The notes under the pieces were generated by a model that saw nothing but the letters and a program-made list of their open reading frames with translations, ran no database searches and was not told where the DNA came from. This document shows positions 23,275 through 32,709 of a stretch of DNA of 64,000 nt, one piece after another (the stretch's first letter is position 1; every line of letters begins with the position of its first letter). A program made the position numbers and the translations under genes. The stretch is from Candidatus Latescibacterota bacterium (GTDB lineage Bacteria > Latescibacterota > UBA2968), in contig OZ242320.1 in NCBI GenBank assembly GCA_965208125.1, forward strand, positions 5,472,001-5,536,000, written 5' to 3'.

Positions 23275-24066
23275 ATGACACCTGAAACAGCCCTGAAAAC
23301 GCGGGAGAACATGCTCCGCGATGGGTACTGCGTCATCGACGACATTTTGACAGACGAGTTTCTCGAAGAACTGCGCGGTGAATCCGAGCGGTTAATCGCC
23401 AATCACTATGAGCGCGAGGAGTTTAGATATCAGGGTCAACACGTGAATGTGCGCGGTGAAGACAATCCGATCATCCAAAAGCTGCTCGAATGGGAACCAT
23501 CGAGGCGGGCGCTCGAACAACTGGGCTTTGGAGATTTCCAAACCGGCGGCGGCATCATCATCCTCACCAAAGAACCCAAAGGACCACCGCTCTACTGGCA
23601 CCAGGACTGGATGCAATGGAACGACCCCATCAGTTGTTCACCATGGCCACAAATCATATTTTTGAACTACTATCTAACCGATACCGCAGTAGAAAACGGC
23701 TGCTTGAAAGTCATCCCCGGCACCCATCTCAAGCGCATACCACTCCACGACCAACTGGTCCCAGCGCACGAACAGGGCGCCCGATTTATAGAAGAAACCC
23801 ATCCCATCATGTTCAGCGACCACCCGGATGAGGTCAACGTACCCGTCTCTGCACGCTCGCTGGTTCTGGGCGATGCCCGCATCCTGCACTCTGCCGGAAG
23901 AAATTACACAGACGAGCGCAGAACCCTGATTCTCGCCTGGCACAGACGCCCCACCATTGACGTACCAGACTACTGGGAAGGAGATATCCCCGAAGTCATA
24001 GCCAACCGCGACCCCGATCAAAAGTACGAGGGATCTCGCCTCCCCGGCAAATACCTCAAACCGTAA
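23275..24066 (+). CDS. Phytanoyl-CoA dioxygenase (PhyH) family protein
   Basis: DGYCVI; WHQD; NGCLKVIPGTH; distal His in ILHS. Confidence 0.9.
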   Translation: MTPETALKTRENMLRDGYCVIDDILTDEFLEELRGESERLIANHYEREEFRYQGQHVNVRGEDNPIIQKLLEWEPSRRALEQLGFGDFQTGGGIIILTKEPKGPPLYWHQDWMQWNDPISCSPWPQIIFLNYYLTDTAVENGCLKVIPGTHLKRIPLHDQLVPAHEQGARFIEETHPIMFSDHPDEVNVPVSARSLVLGDARILHSAGRNYTDERRTLILAWHRRPTIDVPDYWEGDIPEVIANRDPDQKYEGSRLPGKYLKP

Positions 24067-24082
24067 AAGAAAAGGCTAAAAC

Positions 24083-25087
24083 ATGCAAGCCACAGCACTC
24101 ATCACCCATGAGGGGCCCACCTTTGCCTGCGAAAACATAATCCTTCCCGATCCACGCCCCGATCAAATCGCAGTACAAACCCGGTATTCCGGCGTCAGTA
24201 TCGGCACTGAATTTGCCGCCATCACCCGCAAGCTCGACTACGGTCCCTATCCCCTGTGTACGGGCTATCAAGCCGTCGGCACTGTCGAACATGTCGGCAA
24301 AAACGCAACCGGCTTCGCCGTTGGCGACCGCGTCTATTACCGCTGGAACCGCGTCTTCTCCCTCGCTACATCAGGTCAGAAAGTCTCTGCCAGCCAGGGC
24401 GCACACACCTCTGCCACAGTCCTGGACACGCGGGGACCCCGAGCCTTTGTCGCCCACCTGCCCAAAGGTGTCGATGAAGCCGCCGCCAGCTTATTTGTCA
24501 TGCCCGCCGTGGGCCTCAATGGTGTGGATATGGCCAACCCCCGAATGGGCGACCGCGTTGTCGTGTACGGTTGCGGTCTCGTCGGCCTGGGCGTCGTCGC
24601 TGCATGTAGCCACCGGGGCTGTGAAGTCATCGCCATAGATCTGGAAGCCAACCGTCTCGACATCGCGCAAAAACTCGGTGCCGATCACCTCATTCAGGGT
24701 GCGGATGCAAACAAAGCTACCCGCGATATCGCCCCCGACGGTGCCGACGTCGTCTTCGAATGCACGGGCATCCCCACCTGCATCGACCCGGCCATCGCCC
24801 TTTGCCGCACCCATGGCACCTTCATCCTTCAGGGCAACTACGGCCGCCACCCCATTTCTTACAATTTCTTACCGCCCCACGGAAAACGCCTCACCATGTA
24901 CTATCCCTGCAACGATGGCGAAGCCCCCTGCCGCCGCGCTGTCATCAAAAACATGGGCACTGGCGTTCTCCCCTGGCATCACACCATCACCCATGAAGTC
25001 GCATCTTCAGACGCGCCGGGACTTTATCGCGATATCCTCAACGGCGAAGACAAAAACATTATCGGTGCTGTTATTCGGTGGTTCTAA
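24083..25087 (+). CDS. Zinc-binding alcohol dehydrogenase (MDR) family
   Basis: SGVSIGTE; GYQAVG; GCGLVG; DVVFECTG. Confidence 0.88.
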   Translation: MQATALITHEGPTFACENIILPDPRPDQIAVQTRYSGVSIGTEFAAITRKLDYGPYPLCTGYQAVGTVEHVGKNATGFAVGDRVYYRWNRVFSLATSGQKVSASQGAHTSATVLDTRGPRAFVAHLPKGVDEAAASLFVMPAVGLNGVDMANPRMGDRVVVYGCGLVGLGVVAACSHRGCEVIAIDLEANRLDIAQKLGADHLIQGADANKATRDIAPDGADVVFECTGIPTCIDPAIALCRTHGTFILQGNYGRHPISYNFLPPHGKRLTMYYPCNDGEAPCRRAVIKNMGTGVLPWHHTITHEVASSDAPGLYRDILNGEDKNIIGAVIRWF

Positions 25088-25103
25088 AAAAGGAGCAATC
25101 ACA

Positions 25104-26156
25104 ATGGACAACTTAAAAGTTGGAATTATCGGTCTGGGCGGCATTGCCCGGTCTCACTGCGATGCCATTGAAACTCTGGACAACGTCGAAATCGTCGCTG
25201 TTGCCGACCTCATTGAGGAAAAGCGCCGCGAATACATGGGCAAATACGACATTCCCAAAAGCTATCCCTCCCACACCGACCTCTTGAAAGACCCCGAAAT
25301 CGACGCTGTCGCCATCACCCTGGGCCACCAACTCCACCAGCGCCTCACCGTTGACGCCTGCAATGCAGGCAAACACGTCCTGGTGGAAAAACCCATGGCC
25401 ATCAGCCTGGAACAATGCGACAACATGGTCACAGCCGCAGCCGATAATGGAGTCAAACTAATGGTCGGCTTGACGCAACACTACTACGGCACCAGCATTA
25501 AAGCAAAAGAAATACTGGACTCTGGTGCACTGGGCCCCATCATCACCGCCGTGTGTTACATGTCCAAAAACTGGAGCTACGCCGGTCGCCGCCCGCAGTA
25601 CCGCAGCCGCTACCACGGCGGGGGCATGTGGTTGACCAATGGCGTACACGTAGTAGATCGGCTCACCTGGATGATAGGCTCACAGGCCGTATCCGTCTCC
25701 GCCGCCATTGGAACCCGCGCCCACTATCAGGCTGCTGATGACTCTGCCACGGCCTTCGTCCGCTATAAAAACGGCCTGGCAGGCATTGCCGTAGCCGTTG
25801 GATTTGCAGATGGTGCGCCCGACCACGAATGTCAGGTCATCTGTGCAAATGGCACACTGCGCTTTTCCGAACACGGTGGAAAATATGTCAAAGTTGGCAA
25901 AAACGATCAGTGGGAAAACGTCCCCTTCGATGAGCCGCCCTCGACCATGCACAACGAGTGGAAAGCCTTTGCCGAAGCCATTGCCCTGGACATTGAACCC
26001 CCCACCCACGGGGAATGGGCGCGCCACATTATGGAAATTTTATTCGCCGCCGAACAATCTGCCATCACCGGCCGAGAAGTCGCATTGGAAAGCGGACCGG
26101 GCTGGTTCAACCAGCGCTCTGGCTCGCCCGTGACAACGCAACACGGCTGGATATGA
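25104..26156 (+). CDS. Gfo/Idh/MocA oxidoreductase
   Basis: VGIIGLGGI; GKHVLVEKP; GGGMWLTNGVH. Start at 25104 after AGGAG. Confidence 0.92.
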   Translation: MDNLKVGIIGLGGIARSHCDAIETLDNVEIVAVADLIEEKRREYMGKYDIPKSYPSHTDLLKDPEIDAVAITLGHQLHQRLTVDACNAGKHVLVEKPMAISLEQCDNMVTAAADNGVKLMVGLTQHYYGTSIKAKEILDSGALGPIITAVCYMSKNWSYAGRRPQYRSRYHGGGMWLTNGVHVVDRLTWMIGSQAVSVSAAIGTRAHYQAADDSATAFVRYKNGLAGIAVAVGFADGAPDHECQVICANGTLRFSEHGGKYVKVGKNDQWENVPFDEPPSTMHNEWKAFAEAIALDIEPPTHGEWARHIMEILFAAEQSAITGREVALESGPGWFNQRSGSPVTTQHGWI

Positions 26157-27247
26157 AAATTTTATTTGTCGCGCAATATGGCCCTCTGGCTGCCAGCAGC
26201 CGCACGCGGATTTTTGATTATTTGCCCCTGTTGCGTCGGGCGGGTGTCACCTGTGATGTCAAAGTCGTGACCCCCGATGATCTGATCAAACGCAATACCA
26301 GAAGTATTTTTTCACGTCTTCTGTACTATGTACTGTCCTATTTTCGCGCCTTATGGACGGGATGGGTTTGCGTGTTTACAGCACCGCAATACGACGCCAT
26401 ACTGATTCAAAAAGTATTATTTTCCTTTCCCATACCGCGCCTGTTGCGCCGATACAGGCACAAAATATTCTTCGATTTCGACGACGCTATTTTTACACTT
26501 GAAAACCCCAACGCCGGATGGGTTAATCGGTTGCGAACCCGGCGGCGTGCAATGGGCGTACCCGCGATGTTGCAAACAGCACACTGCGCGATTGTAGAAA
26601 ATGCCTACACCGCTGAATTTGCAGCCCGTTATTGTCCTCGTGTTTCGCAAATCACGGGGCCTATTGATACCGCGCGTTATATACCCACACAAAAAACTGA
26701 GGATAAGAAAATCGCATTGGGATGGATTGGGAGCCAGTGGACAACGCGGTATCTGGACATGATTCGAGACCCATTGGCCGCCCTCGCACGACAATATCCC
26801 AATTTAGAGTTGCGTTTGATTGGCGCGGGTGAGTTTGATGTACCCAATCTGCAAATTGCGCGCCTGGACTGGACACTGAAAACCGAAGTTGGTTATTTGC
26901 AGACATTTGACATTGGCCTGATGCCCCTACCCGACGATCCTTTTACGCGGGGCAAAGGGGGGTACAAATTGCTGCAATACATGGCCTGCGGATTGCCCGT
27001 AGTGGCGAGTCCTGTCGAAATCAACTGCGAAATCGTCACCCATGGAAAAACCGGATTTTTGGCAGAGACAGACGCCGAGTGGATCGAATTTTTGGGTACA
27101 TTAATCGAAAATAAAACCCTGCGCAATCGCCTGGGGGCTGCTGGTCGCGCCCATGTAATTGCGCATTACGCACTCGAAAAAAGCAGCGAACAACTACTCG
27201 CCCTTCTGCAGCGGAGCATACGCCAATGCGACACGCTTTCACAGTAG
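26153..27247 (+). CDS. Glycosyltransferase family 4
   Basis: ASSRTR; FDFDDA; GWIGS; DIGLMPL..GKGGYKLLQYMACGLPVVASPV. ATGA overlap with the previous gene. Confidence 0.9.
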   Translation: MKILFVAQYGPLAASSRTRIFDYLPLLRRAGVTCDVKVVTPDDLIKRNTRSIFSRLLYYVLSYFRALWTGWVCVFTAPQYDAILIQKVLFSFPIPRLLRRYRHKIFFDFDDAIFTLENPNAGWVNRLRTRRRAMGVPAMLQTAHCAIVENAYTAEFAARYCPRVSQITGPIDTARYIPTQKTEDKKIALGWIGSQWTTRYLDMIRDPLAALARQYPNLELRLIGAGEFDVPNLQIARLDWTLKTEVGYLQTFDIGLMPLPDDPFTRGKGGYKLLQYMACGLPVVASPVEINCEIVTHGKTGFLAETDAEWIEFLGTLIENKTLRNRLGAAGRAHVIAHYALEKSSEQLLALLQRSIRQCDTLSQ

Positions 27248-28053
27248 ATGTCGAAGATTGGTATCAGGGCATACCGATCTCCAATCAAATGTCCGCTCAA
27301 AGCGAGCCGCGCCTTGAGAAAAGTTGCCATCACTTGCTCGATATAATGGCAGAATACGATGTTCGCGGCACATTCTTTATCCTGGGACCCGCGGCACAAC
27401 AGTATCCCAATCTGATACGTCGCATAGCCAGTGAAGAGCACGAATTGGGGTGCCATGGATGGTCTCACGATCTGGTCTATGAAATGACGCCCGAGCGATT
27501 TCAAAAAGAAACACAGCGGGCTTCGGCTGCGATCTCCGATGTAACCGCGCAACCCGTAACCGCCTATCGCGCGGCCTATTTTTCCATTACAGCGCAATCA
27601 TTATGGGCTCTGGATATTTTGGCAGAACTCGGCTTTCAGTGTGATTCGAGTATTTTTCCAGTGCATAACTGGCGTTATGGAATTCCCGATTTTGATTTGG
27701 CTCCCCGTATTGTAAAAACCGCTTCTGGACCAATTTGCGAAATTCCAATATCTGTGCGCCAGATGGGAAAAATGCGATTGCCCGTAACTGGAGGCGCGTA
27801 TTTCAGACTATTTCCCTATTTTTTAAGCCGTGCAAATATGCGGGCCGTGAGCAAACAACAGCGGGCTGTGATCTTTTATCTACATCCCTGGGAACTCGAC
27901 CCCGATCATCCACGGATCGCATTTTACTGGAAGGCGCGTTTGACGCACTACGCCAATTTGAAAGCAACAGAACCTCGATTGAGGCGATTATTGACCGATT
28001 TCTCTTTTTGTCCGCTGCGTGAAATTGCAGTGCAAATAAAAAAAGATGAATGA
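27226..28053 (+). CDS. Polysaccharide deacetylase (DUF3473/PEP-CTERM-locus type)
   Basis: TVDVEDWY; TFFILG; HELGCHGWSH; YRAAYFS; GGAYFRL; YLHPWELD. Confidence 0.9.
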   Translation: MRHAFTVDVEDWYQGIPISNQMSAQSEPRLEKSCHHLLDIMAEYDVRGTFFILGPAAQQYPNLIRRIASEEHELGCHGWSHDLVYEMTPERFQKETQRASAAISDVTAQPVTAYRAAYFSITAQSLWALDILAELGFQCDSSIFPVHNWRYGIPDFDLAPRIVKTASGPICEIPISVRQMGKMRLPVTGGAYFRLFPYFLSRANMRAVSKQQRAVIFYLHPWELDPDHPRIAFYWKARLTHYANLKATEPRLRRLLTDFSFCPLREIAVQIKKDE

Positions 28054-28232
28054 GATCATCAGAACCCATCTGTGGGAGGTACATTGCATCTCAGGTTTCT
28101 GATTGCCTTTAAGCATTCGAGACCTTATATTTAGATGTTTTGAGCGGGATATTGTGTCCTGTGTTATAAAAAAGTGGGGATGGTATCGGGCGGAAGATAT
28201 GTCCTGCTCAGCAATGGGAAAGGAATAAATAC

Positions 28233-29207
28233 ATGAGGTTTTTGGTTACGGGCGGTGCGGGTTTTATTGGCTCACATCTGGCCGAACGGCTCTTGAAGCA
28301 AGACCACGAAGTTTTTGTTTTAGACGATCTTTCAACCGGAGATCTGGACAATGTGCGACACCTCGAAGGGAATCCGCGGTTTCAAATGAAAGTGGGCACA
28401 GTGCTCGATCCAGAGACACTCAAACCCTTAGTCGAGTGGAGTGATGTCATTTATCATCTCGCGGCGGCTGTGGGGGTAAATTACGTCATCAACCACCCAT
28501 TGCAGTCTTTGACCACAAATATCCGGGGCACCGAACTCCTGTTGGAATTGGCGAACAAAAAGAAGAAACGAGTCCTTTTGGCCTCGACATCTGAGGTTGC
28601 AGGAAAGAAAAACGGCAAAGCGACATTTAGTGAAGACGATGATCGCTTGTTGGGACCAACAACCGTTGCCCGATGGAATTATTCAACCTCTAAAGCCGTC
28701 GGTGAAATGCTGGGATTGGCTTATTGGCGAGAAAAAAAATTGCCCGTAATCATGGTGCGATTTTTCAATGTAATTGGTCCCCGGCAAAGTCCAGAATACG
28801 GCATGGTAGTACCCCGATTTATCAAGCAGGCGTTGTTGGGACATCCCATTACGGTATATAACGATGGTGAACAACGGCGGTGTTTTACCGATATAGAAGA
28901 TGCTTTAGATGGATTGACAGCATTGATGGAACACGATCAAACGCCAGGCGAAATTTTCAATTTGGGCGGCAATCACGAGACCAATGAAATTTGTATCAAG
29001 AGCCTCGCGGAAAAAATCAAAGTGCTGACGGAAAGCGATTCACCTATTGAATTTGTGCCTTATGATAAGGCATTTGCAAAGGGTTCTTACGAAGATCTCA
29101 ATTATCGCGTTCCCGATTTGACCAAGATCAAAAAATTAACGGGGTATAATCCCAAAATCAGTTTGGATACCACATTGCGGCGCATTATTGAATACTACGA
29201 ATCGTGA
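28233..29207 (+). CDS. NAD-dependent nucleotide-sugar epimerase/dehydratase
   Basis: TGGAGFIGSH; HLAAAVGV; YSTSK; RFFNVIGPRQ. Confidence 0.93.
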   Translation: MRFLVTGGAGFIGSHLAERLLKQDHEVFVLDDLSTGDLDNVRHLEGNPRFQMKVGTVLDPETLKPLVEWSDVIYHLAAAVGVNYVINHPLQSLTTNIRGTELLLELANKKKKRVLLASTSEVAGKKNGKATFSEDDDRLLGPTTVARWNYSTSKAVGEMLGLAYWREKKLPVIMVRFFNVIGPRQSPEYGMVVPRFIKQALLGHPITVYNDGEQRRCFTDIEDALDGLTALMEHDQTPGEIFNLGGNHETNEICIKSLAEKIKVLTESDSPIEFVPYDKAFAKGSYEDLNYRVPDLTKIKKLTGYNPKISLDTTLRRIIEYYES

Positions 29208-29279
29208 TATCCGCTTTATTTTTTTATGATAATCGGCGTTTGCATTGCCCATCGGGAGGTGTAAACGCCAATTTTTGTT

Positions 29280-30428
29280 ATGAACCGACGTCCCAAAATA
29301 CTCCATACCATGACCTGGCTTGCACCTGGTGGCGGCGCAGACCGAAATGTGTATCTTTCAATGAAAGGCATGCGAAAGGATTACGAGATCCACCTCGCCG
29401 TTGGGCGGCAAATCGAGCGGGACGATCTGTTAAAACTACACGGAGTAGCCACGCATATATGCCCATATTTAGATCGGGAAATCAGACCCTGGCGCGATTT
29501 TCGCGCGCTGTTATGGTTCATGCGATTGATTCACCGCGAGCGATTTGATCTGATTCACACCCATGAAAGCAAAGCGAGTTTGCTCGGGCGCCTCGCCGCG
29601 CGATTGGTCGGCTGCAAACATATCATCTATGGACTTCACGGCGTGGTTTTTAACGATCCAGTCAACCGCGTCAAACGACAATTCTACATCGCGCTCGAAA
29701 AAATGACAATATGGGCTTGCGATTTGATCATAGCCGTTGGCCGGGATACAATTCGGCACTATCATCAGAAAAATATCGGTCGCAGCATTCCCCATCAGAT
29801 CGTTTATAGCGGCATTGATGTGACAGAGTTTGAACGGCGTCTGAACAACGTAAAAAAAGACGCATTTAGGCGCGACATAGGCATACCTGACGACGCGCCC
29901 GTACTCGTCAATATTGGCCGTTTTTCATCCGCCAAAGCACAACATTATACCATTGAAGCATTTGCCAGATTGCAATGTCCTGGAGCCCGTTTATTATTGG
30001 TAGGGGAAGGACCCGAACGCGCAGCGTGTGAGCGGCTTTGTGCCGAGTTGGAAGTTGAAGACCGTGTCATTTTTGCGGGATTTTTTCAGGATATTACACC
30101 TGCGTATGCAGTTGCCTCGGTGCATGTTCTATCCTCTTTGCGCGAGGGCTTGTCCGGCGTTGCTGTGGAAGCATCCCTCTCGCGGATGCCTACAGTATCG
30201 TTTGAAGTCGAAGGCATACGAGAAATTGTAACACATGGACACTCGGGTTTTGTCGTGCCACAAGGCGATATTGAGGCGATGGTGAGATATTTGGAAAAAC
30301 TGATCGGAGATTCTCAGATGTGTCACACATTTGGAGAGCGTGCATACCAGCACGCGACTGCGCGATGGGATCACCGCGTTATGGTGCGAAAATTGGATGC
30401 AATTTATCGACAAAGGCTCAAAATATGA
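29280..30428 (+). CDS. Glycosyltransferase family 4
   Basis: GGGA; IHTHESKA; IGRFSSAK; SSLREGL..VEA. Confidence 0.9.
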   Translation: MNRRPKILHTMTWLAPGGGADRNVYLSMKGMRKDYEIHLAVGRQIERDDLLKLHGVATHICPYLDREIRPWRDFRALLWFMRLIHRERFDLIHTHESKASLLGRLAARLVGCKHIIYGLHGVVFNDPVNRVKRQFYIALEKMTIWACDLIIAVGRDTIRHYHQKNIGRSIPHQIVYSGIDVTEFERRLNNVKKDAFRRDIGIPDDAPVLVNIGRFSSAKAQHYTIEAFARLQCPGARLLLVGEGPERAACERLCAELEVEDRVIFAGFFQDITPAYAVASVHVLSSLREGLSGVAVEASLSRMPTVSFEVEGIREIVTHGHSGFVVPQGDIEAMVRYLEKLIGDSQMCHTFGERAYQHATARWDHRVMVRKLDAIYRQRLKI

Positions 30429-31126
30429 AACCGCGCAAAGTGGGGGACGACTGCACCGGCAGGTCATCAACGCGGGCTGTCGGGCAGTTTTTTGATATTT
30501 ATGCCAAAAATTTTGACGCGATCTACGGGCATACAGAACATCGAAGCGCGCTCGGCAGATGGGTAGATCGCGCATTTCGGCAGGTGATGGTGCGGCGTTT
30601 TGAGGAAACGCTTCGGCAAACGGAAAAACAGGAGATTCATTCTGTATTAGACATCGGGTGTGGCCCGGGACGATACACGGCTGCGTTTGCACTTCAGGGA
30701 AAAGAAGTCCTGGGGATAGACATTGCTGAGGAAATGCTAAAAATCGCCCAGGACAATATCGACGCGCCCAATGTGACCGCAGACTTCATTTTGGGCGATT
30801 ATCTGTCTGTTCGTTTTGATCGGGTATTTGACGCGGCGTGTTTGATGGGATTTTTTGATTATATTGAAGATCCCGTACCGGTTTTGAAAAAATTGGCCGC
30901 AGAAGTGACGGGGGAGTTTTACGCGAGCTTTCCAAAATCGGGCGGTTTTTTGGCGTGGCAGCGCCACATCCGATACCGCCTGCGGAGATGTCCGCTGTGG
31001 TTATACAGCAAACGAGATGTTGAAGACGCACTAATTGCAAGCGGCTTTGCCGGATGCTACAAAATTCGAGATTTTGGACGCGATTGGTATGTGGTCGTCC
31101 AAATACAGCGCACAACTGACATCTAA
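30425..31126 (+). CDS. Class I SAM-dependent methyltransferase
   Basis: VLDIGCGPG; GIDIAEEML. Confidence 0.88.
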   Translation: MKPRKVGDDCTGRSSTRAVGQFFDIYAKNFDAIYGHTEHRSALGRWVDRAFRQVMVRRFEETLRQTEKQEIHSVLDIGCGPGRYTAAFALQGKEVLGIDIAEEMLKIAQDNIDAPNVTADFILGDYLSVRFDRVFDAACLMGFFDYIEDPVPVLKKLAAEVTGEFYASFPKSGGFLAWQRHIRYRLRRCPLWLYSKRDVEDALIASGFAGCYKIRDFGRDWYVVVQIQRTTDI

Positions 31127-31157
31127 CTCGTGAAAGACCTGAGCCTATTTTTTATCT

Positions 31158-32696
31158 ATGTCAAAAGGTCTCACATTTTTTAAACTATGCGCCACCTCGG
31201 CCTTTGCAATACTGACGTGGATCGCTTCGGGCATATCATTATTAGACGATGATTGGGGCCATCTCAAATTGGCATCCAAAGGCTTTGTCTTCGCTTTGAC
31301 AACCGGATGGGAGGGCCTGGTCGGGCAAGGAGGATATTATCGCCCGGCAGTTGTTTTATCGTTTTATCTGGACTATTTAATCGGCGGTTACGCGCCCGCT
31401 ATTTATCACATACACAATATTTTGATTCACGCGGGATGCGCGTATCTCGTTTTTTTATTTGCGCGATGCCTTTCCACAGACTCCGTGGTAGCCTGGGGGG
31501 CCGCGCTTTTGTTTTTTGTGCTACCCATTCACACCGATTCTATCTTCTGGATTGTCGGGCGCACAGATCTCTTGTGTGCATTATTCTATCTGGGCGCGTT
31601 GATTTTCTTTTTAAAATATATAGAGCGCGGTTCGACCGGCGCGCTATTGGGACTTGCAGCTTGTAGTGCGCTCGCTTTTTTATCCAAAGAAATGGCAGTT
31701 TCCCTACCCATCGCGCTCGCGGCACTGGTCGCGTATCGCAAAGCGTGGAAAACAGCACAGGCGCGACGCGGATTGGCTGTTGTCTGTATCGTATTGCTCG
31801 CGTATTTTGGCGTCCGATGGCTCGTGCTGGGCAGCGTATTGGGAGGGACACCCCGCGTATCAATTATAGATTGGACGCGCGATGGAATGAAAGCAGTAGC
31901 AAAATTTGGGATGAGTGATATCTGGTGGCTGGGCATTGCATTGGTGATCGGAAGTGCTGGAATTTTTATTTATCAACACGGTCGCGGCATCCTGCGCAAA
32001 GACGCAGGGTTTTGTCGCCCATTTGCCCTGCTTTTGATCTTCCTCCTCGGCGCGAGCCTCGCTCCGGCATTGGGGCATCTACACAACTGGTATTTGTATT
32101 TGCCCTCCGCCTTCTTTTGTCTGGGTATCTCGACTATCTGGCTAAATAAAAAACAGACAATTCTCTGCTCTATCTTTGCTGTTCTAATCCTGTATTACGG
32201 AGTAATTATCGGGCGCGAAGGCTTTCTCTGGCGCGAAGCTTCGCAAAAGAGCGAAAATGCGATTGCCAAATTAATGCCCCATGCGCGGGCAACCACCGGC
32301 ACGTTATTCGTCTGCAACGTACCCTCGGCGTGGACACCTTCCGGTGCGTTCAGTGGCAAACCGCTATTTGCTTATGCACTCAAAAATGCACTCGCCATGC
32401 GGTCACCCCAACCATTGCAAGCTGGAATTGTAATGGTAAATCACGTCTGGTTGACTGATGATTTTGCGTGTCGCATTCACAGGACAAATGCGGGTTTTGA
32501 TCTGGCAATCGAAAAAGGCGGCTTCTTTTCGTTTCACAACAAGGGACGGGGACAAACACCGCCTTTTGAAATTGCCCAAATGTGGGGACGTGTGGCGGTA
32601 CACGCAACCGATTCTCTCTCAGTCGCGCTGAATATGCAACCAGAGGATCGCGTGGTAATTTACAACAAAGGTGAGTTTGAGAAATTGTGGCCGTAA
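31158..32696 (+). CDS. Polytopic membrane protein, GT-C fold glycosyltransferase-like (TMTC/PMT-like)
   Basis: LDDD luminal motif; YYRP; YHIHNILIH; P.H.DS..WI.GRTD; LSKE. Confidence 0.7.
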   Translation: MSKGLTFFKLCATSAFAILTWIASGISLLDDDWGHLKLASKGFVFALTTGWEGLVGQGGYYRPAVVLSFYLDYLIGGYAPAIYHIHNILIHAGCAYLVFLFARCLSTDSVVAWGAALLFFVLPIHTDSIFWIVGRTDLLCALFYLGALIFFLKYIERGSTGALLGLAACSALAFLSKEMAVSLPIALAALVAYRKAWKTAQARRGLAVVCIVLLAYFGVRWLVLGSVLGGTPRVSIIDWTRDGMKAVAKFGMSDIWWLGIALVIGSAGIFIYQHGRGILRKDAGFCRPFALLLIFLLGASLAPALGHLHNWYLYLPSAFFCLGISTIWLNKKQTILCSIFAVLILYYGVIIGREGFLWREASQKSENAIAKLMPHARATTGTLFVCNVPSAWTPSGAFSGKPLFAYALKNALAMRSPQPLQAGIVMVNHVWLTDDFACRIHRTNAGFDLAIEKGGFFSFHNKGRGQTPPFEIAQMWGRVAVHATDSLSVALNMQPEDRVVIYNKGEFEKLWP

Positions 32697-32709
32697 AAAA
32701 GGTGCAATC

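Noticed and set aside
24678-25103. N-terminal extensions given by the ORF track (also 26015, 30320, 32671, 55456, 58282, 14859, 4744)
   Set aside because: They overlap upstream genes or promoters. Downstream starts with an RBS or stop-start coupling match the family N-termini better.
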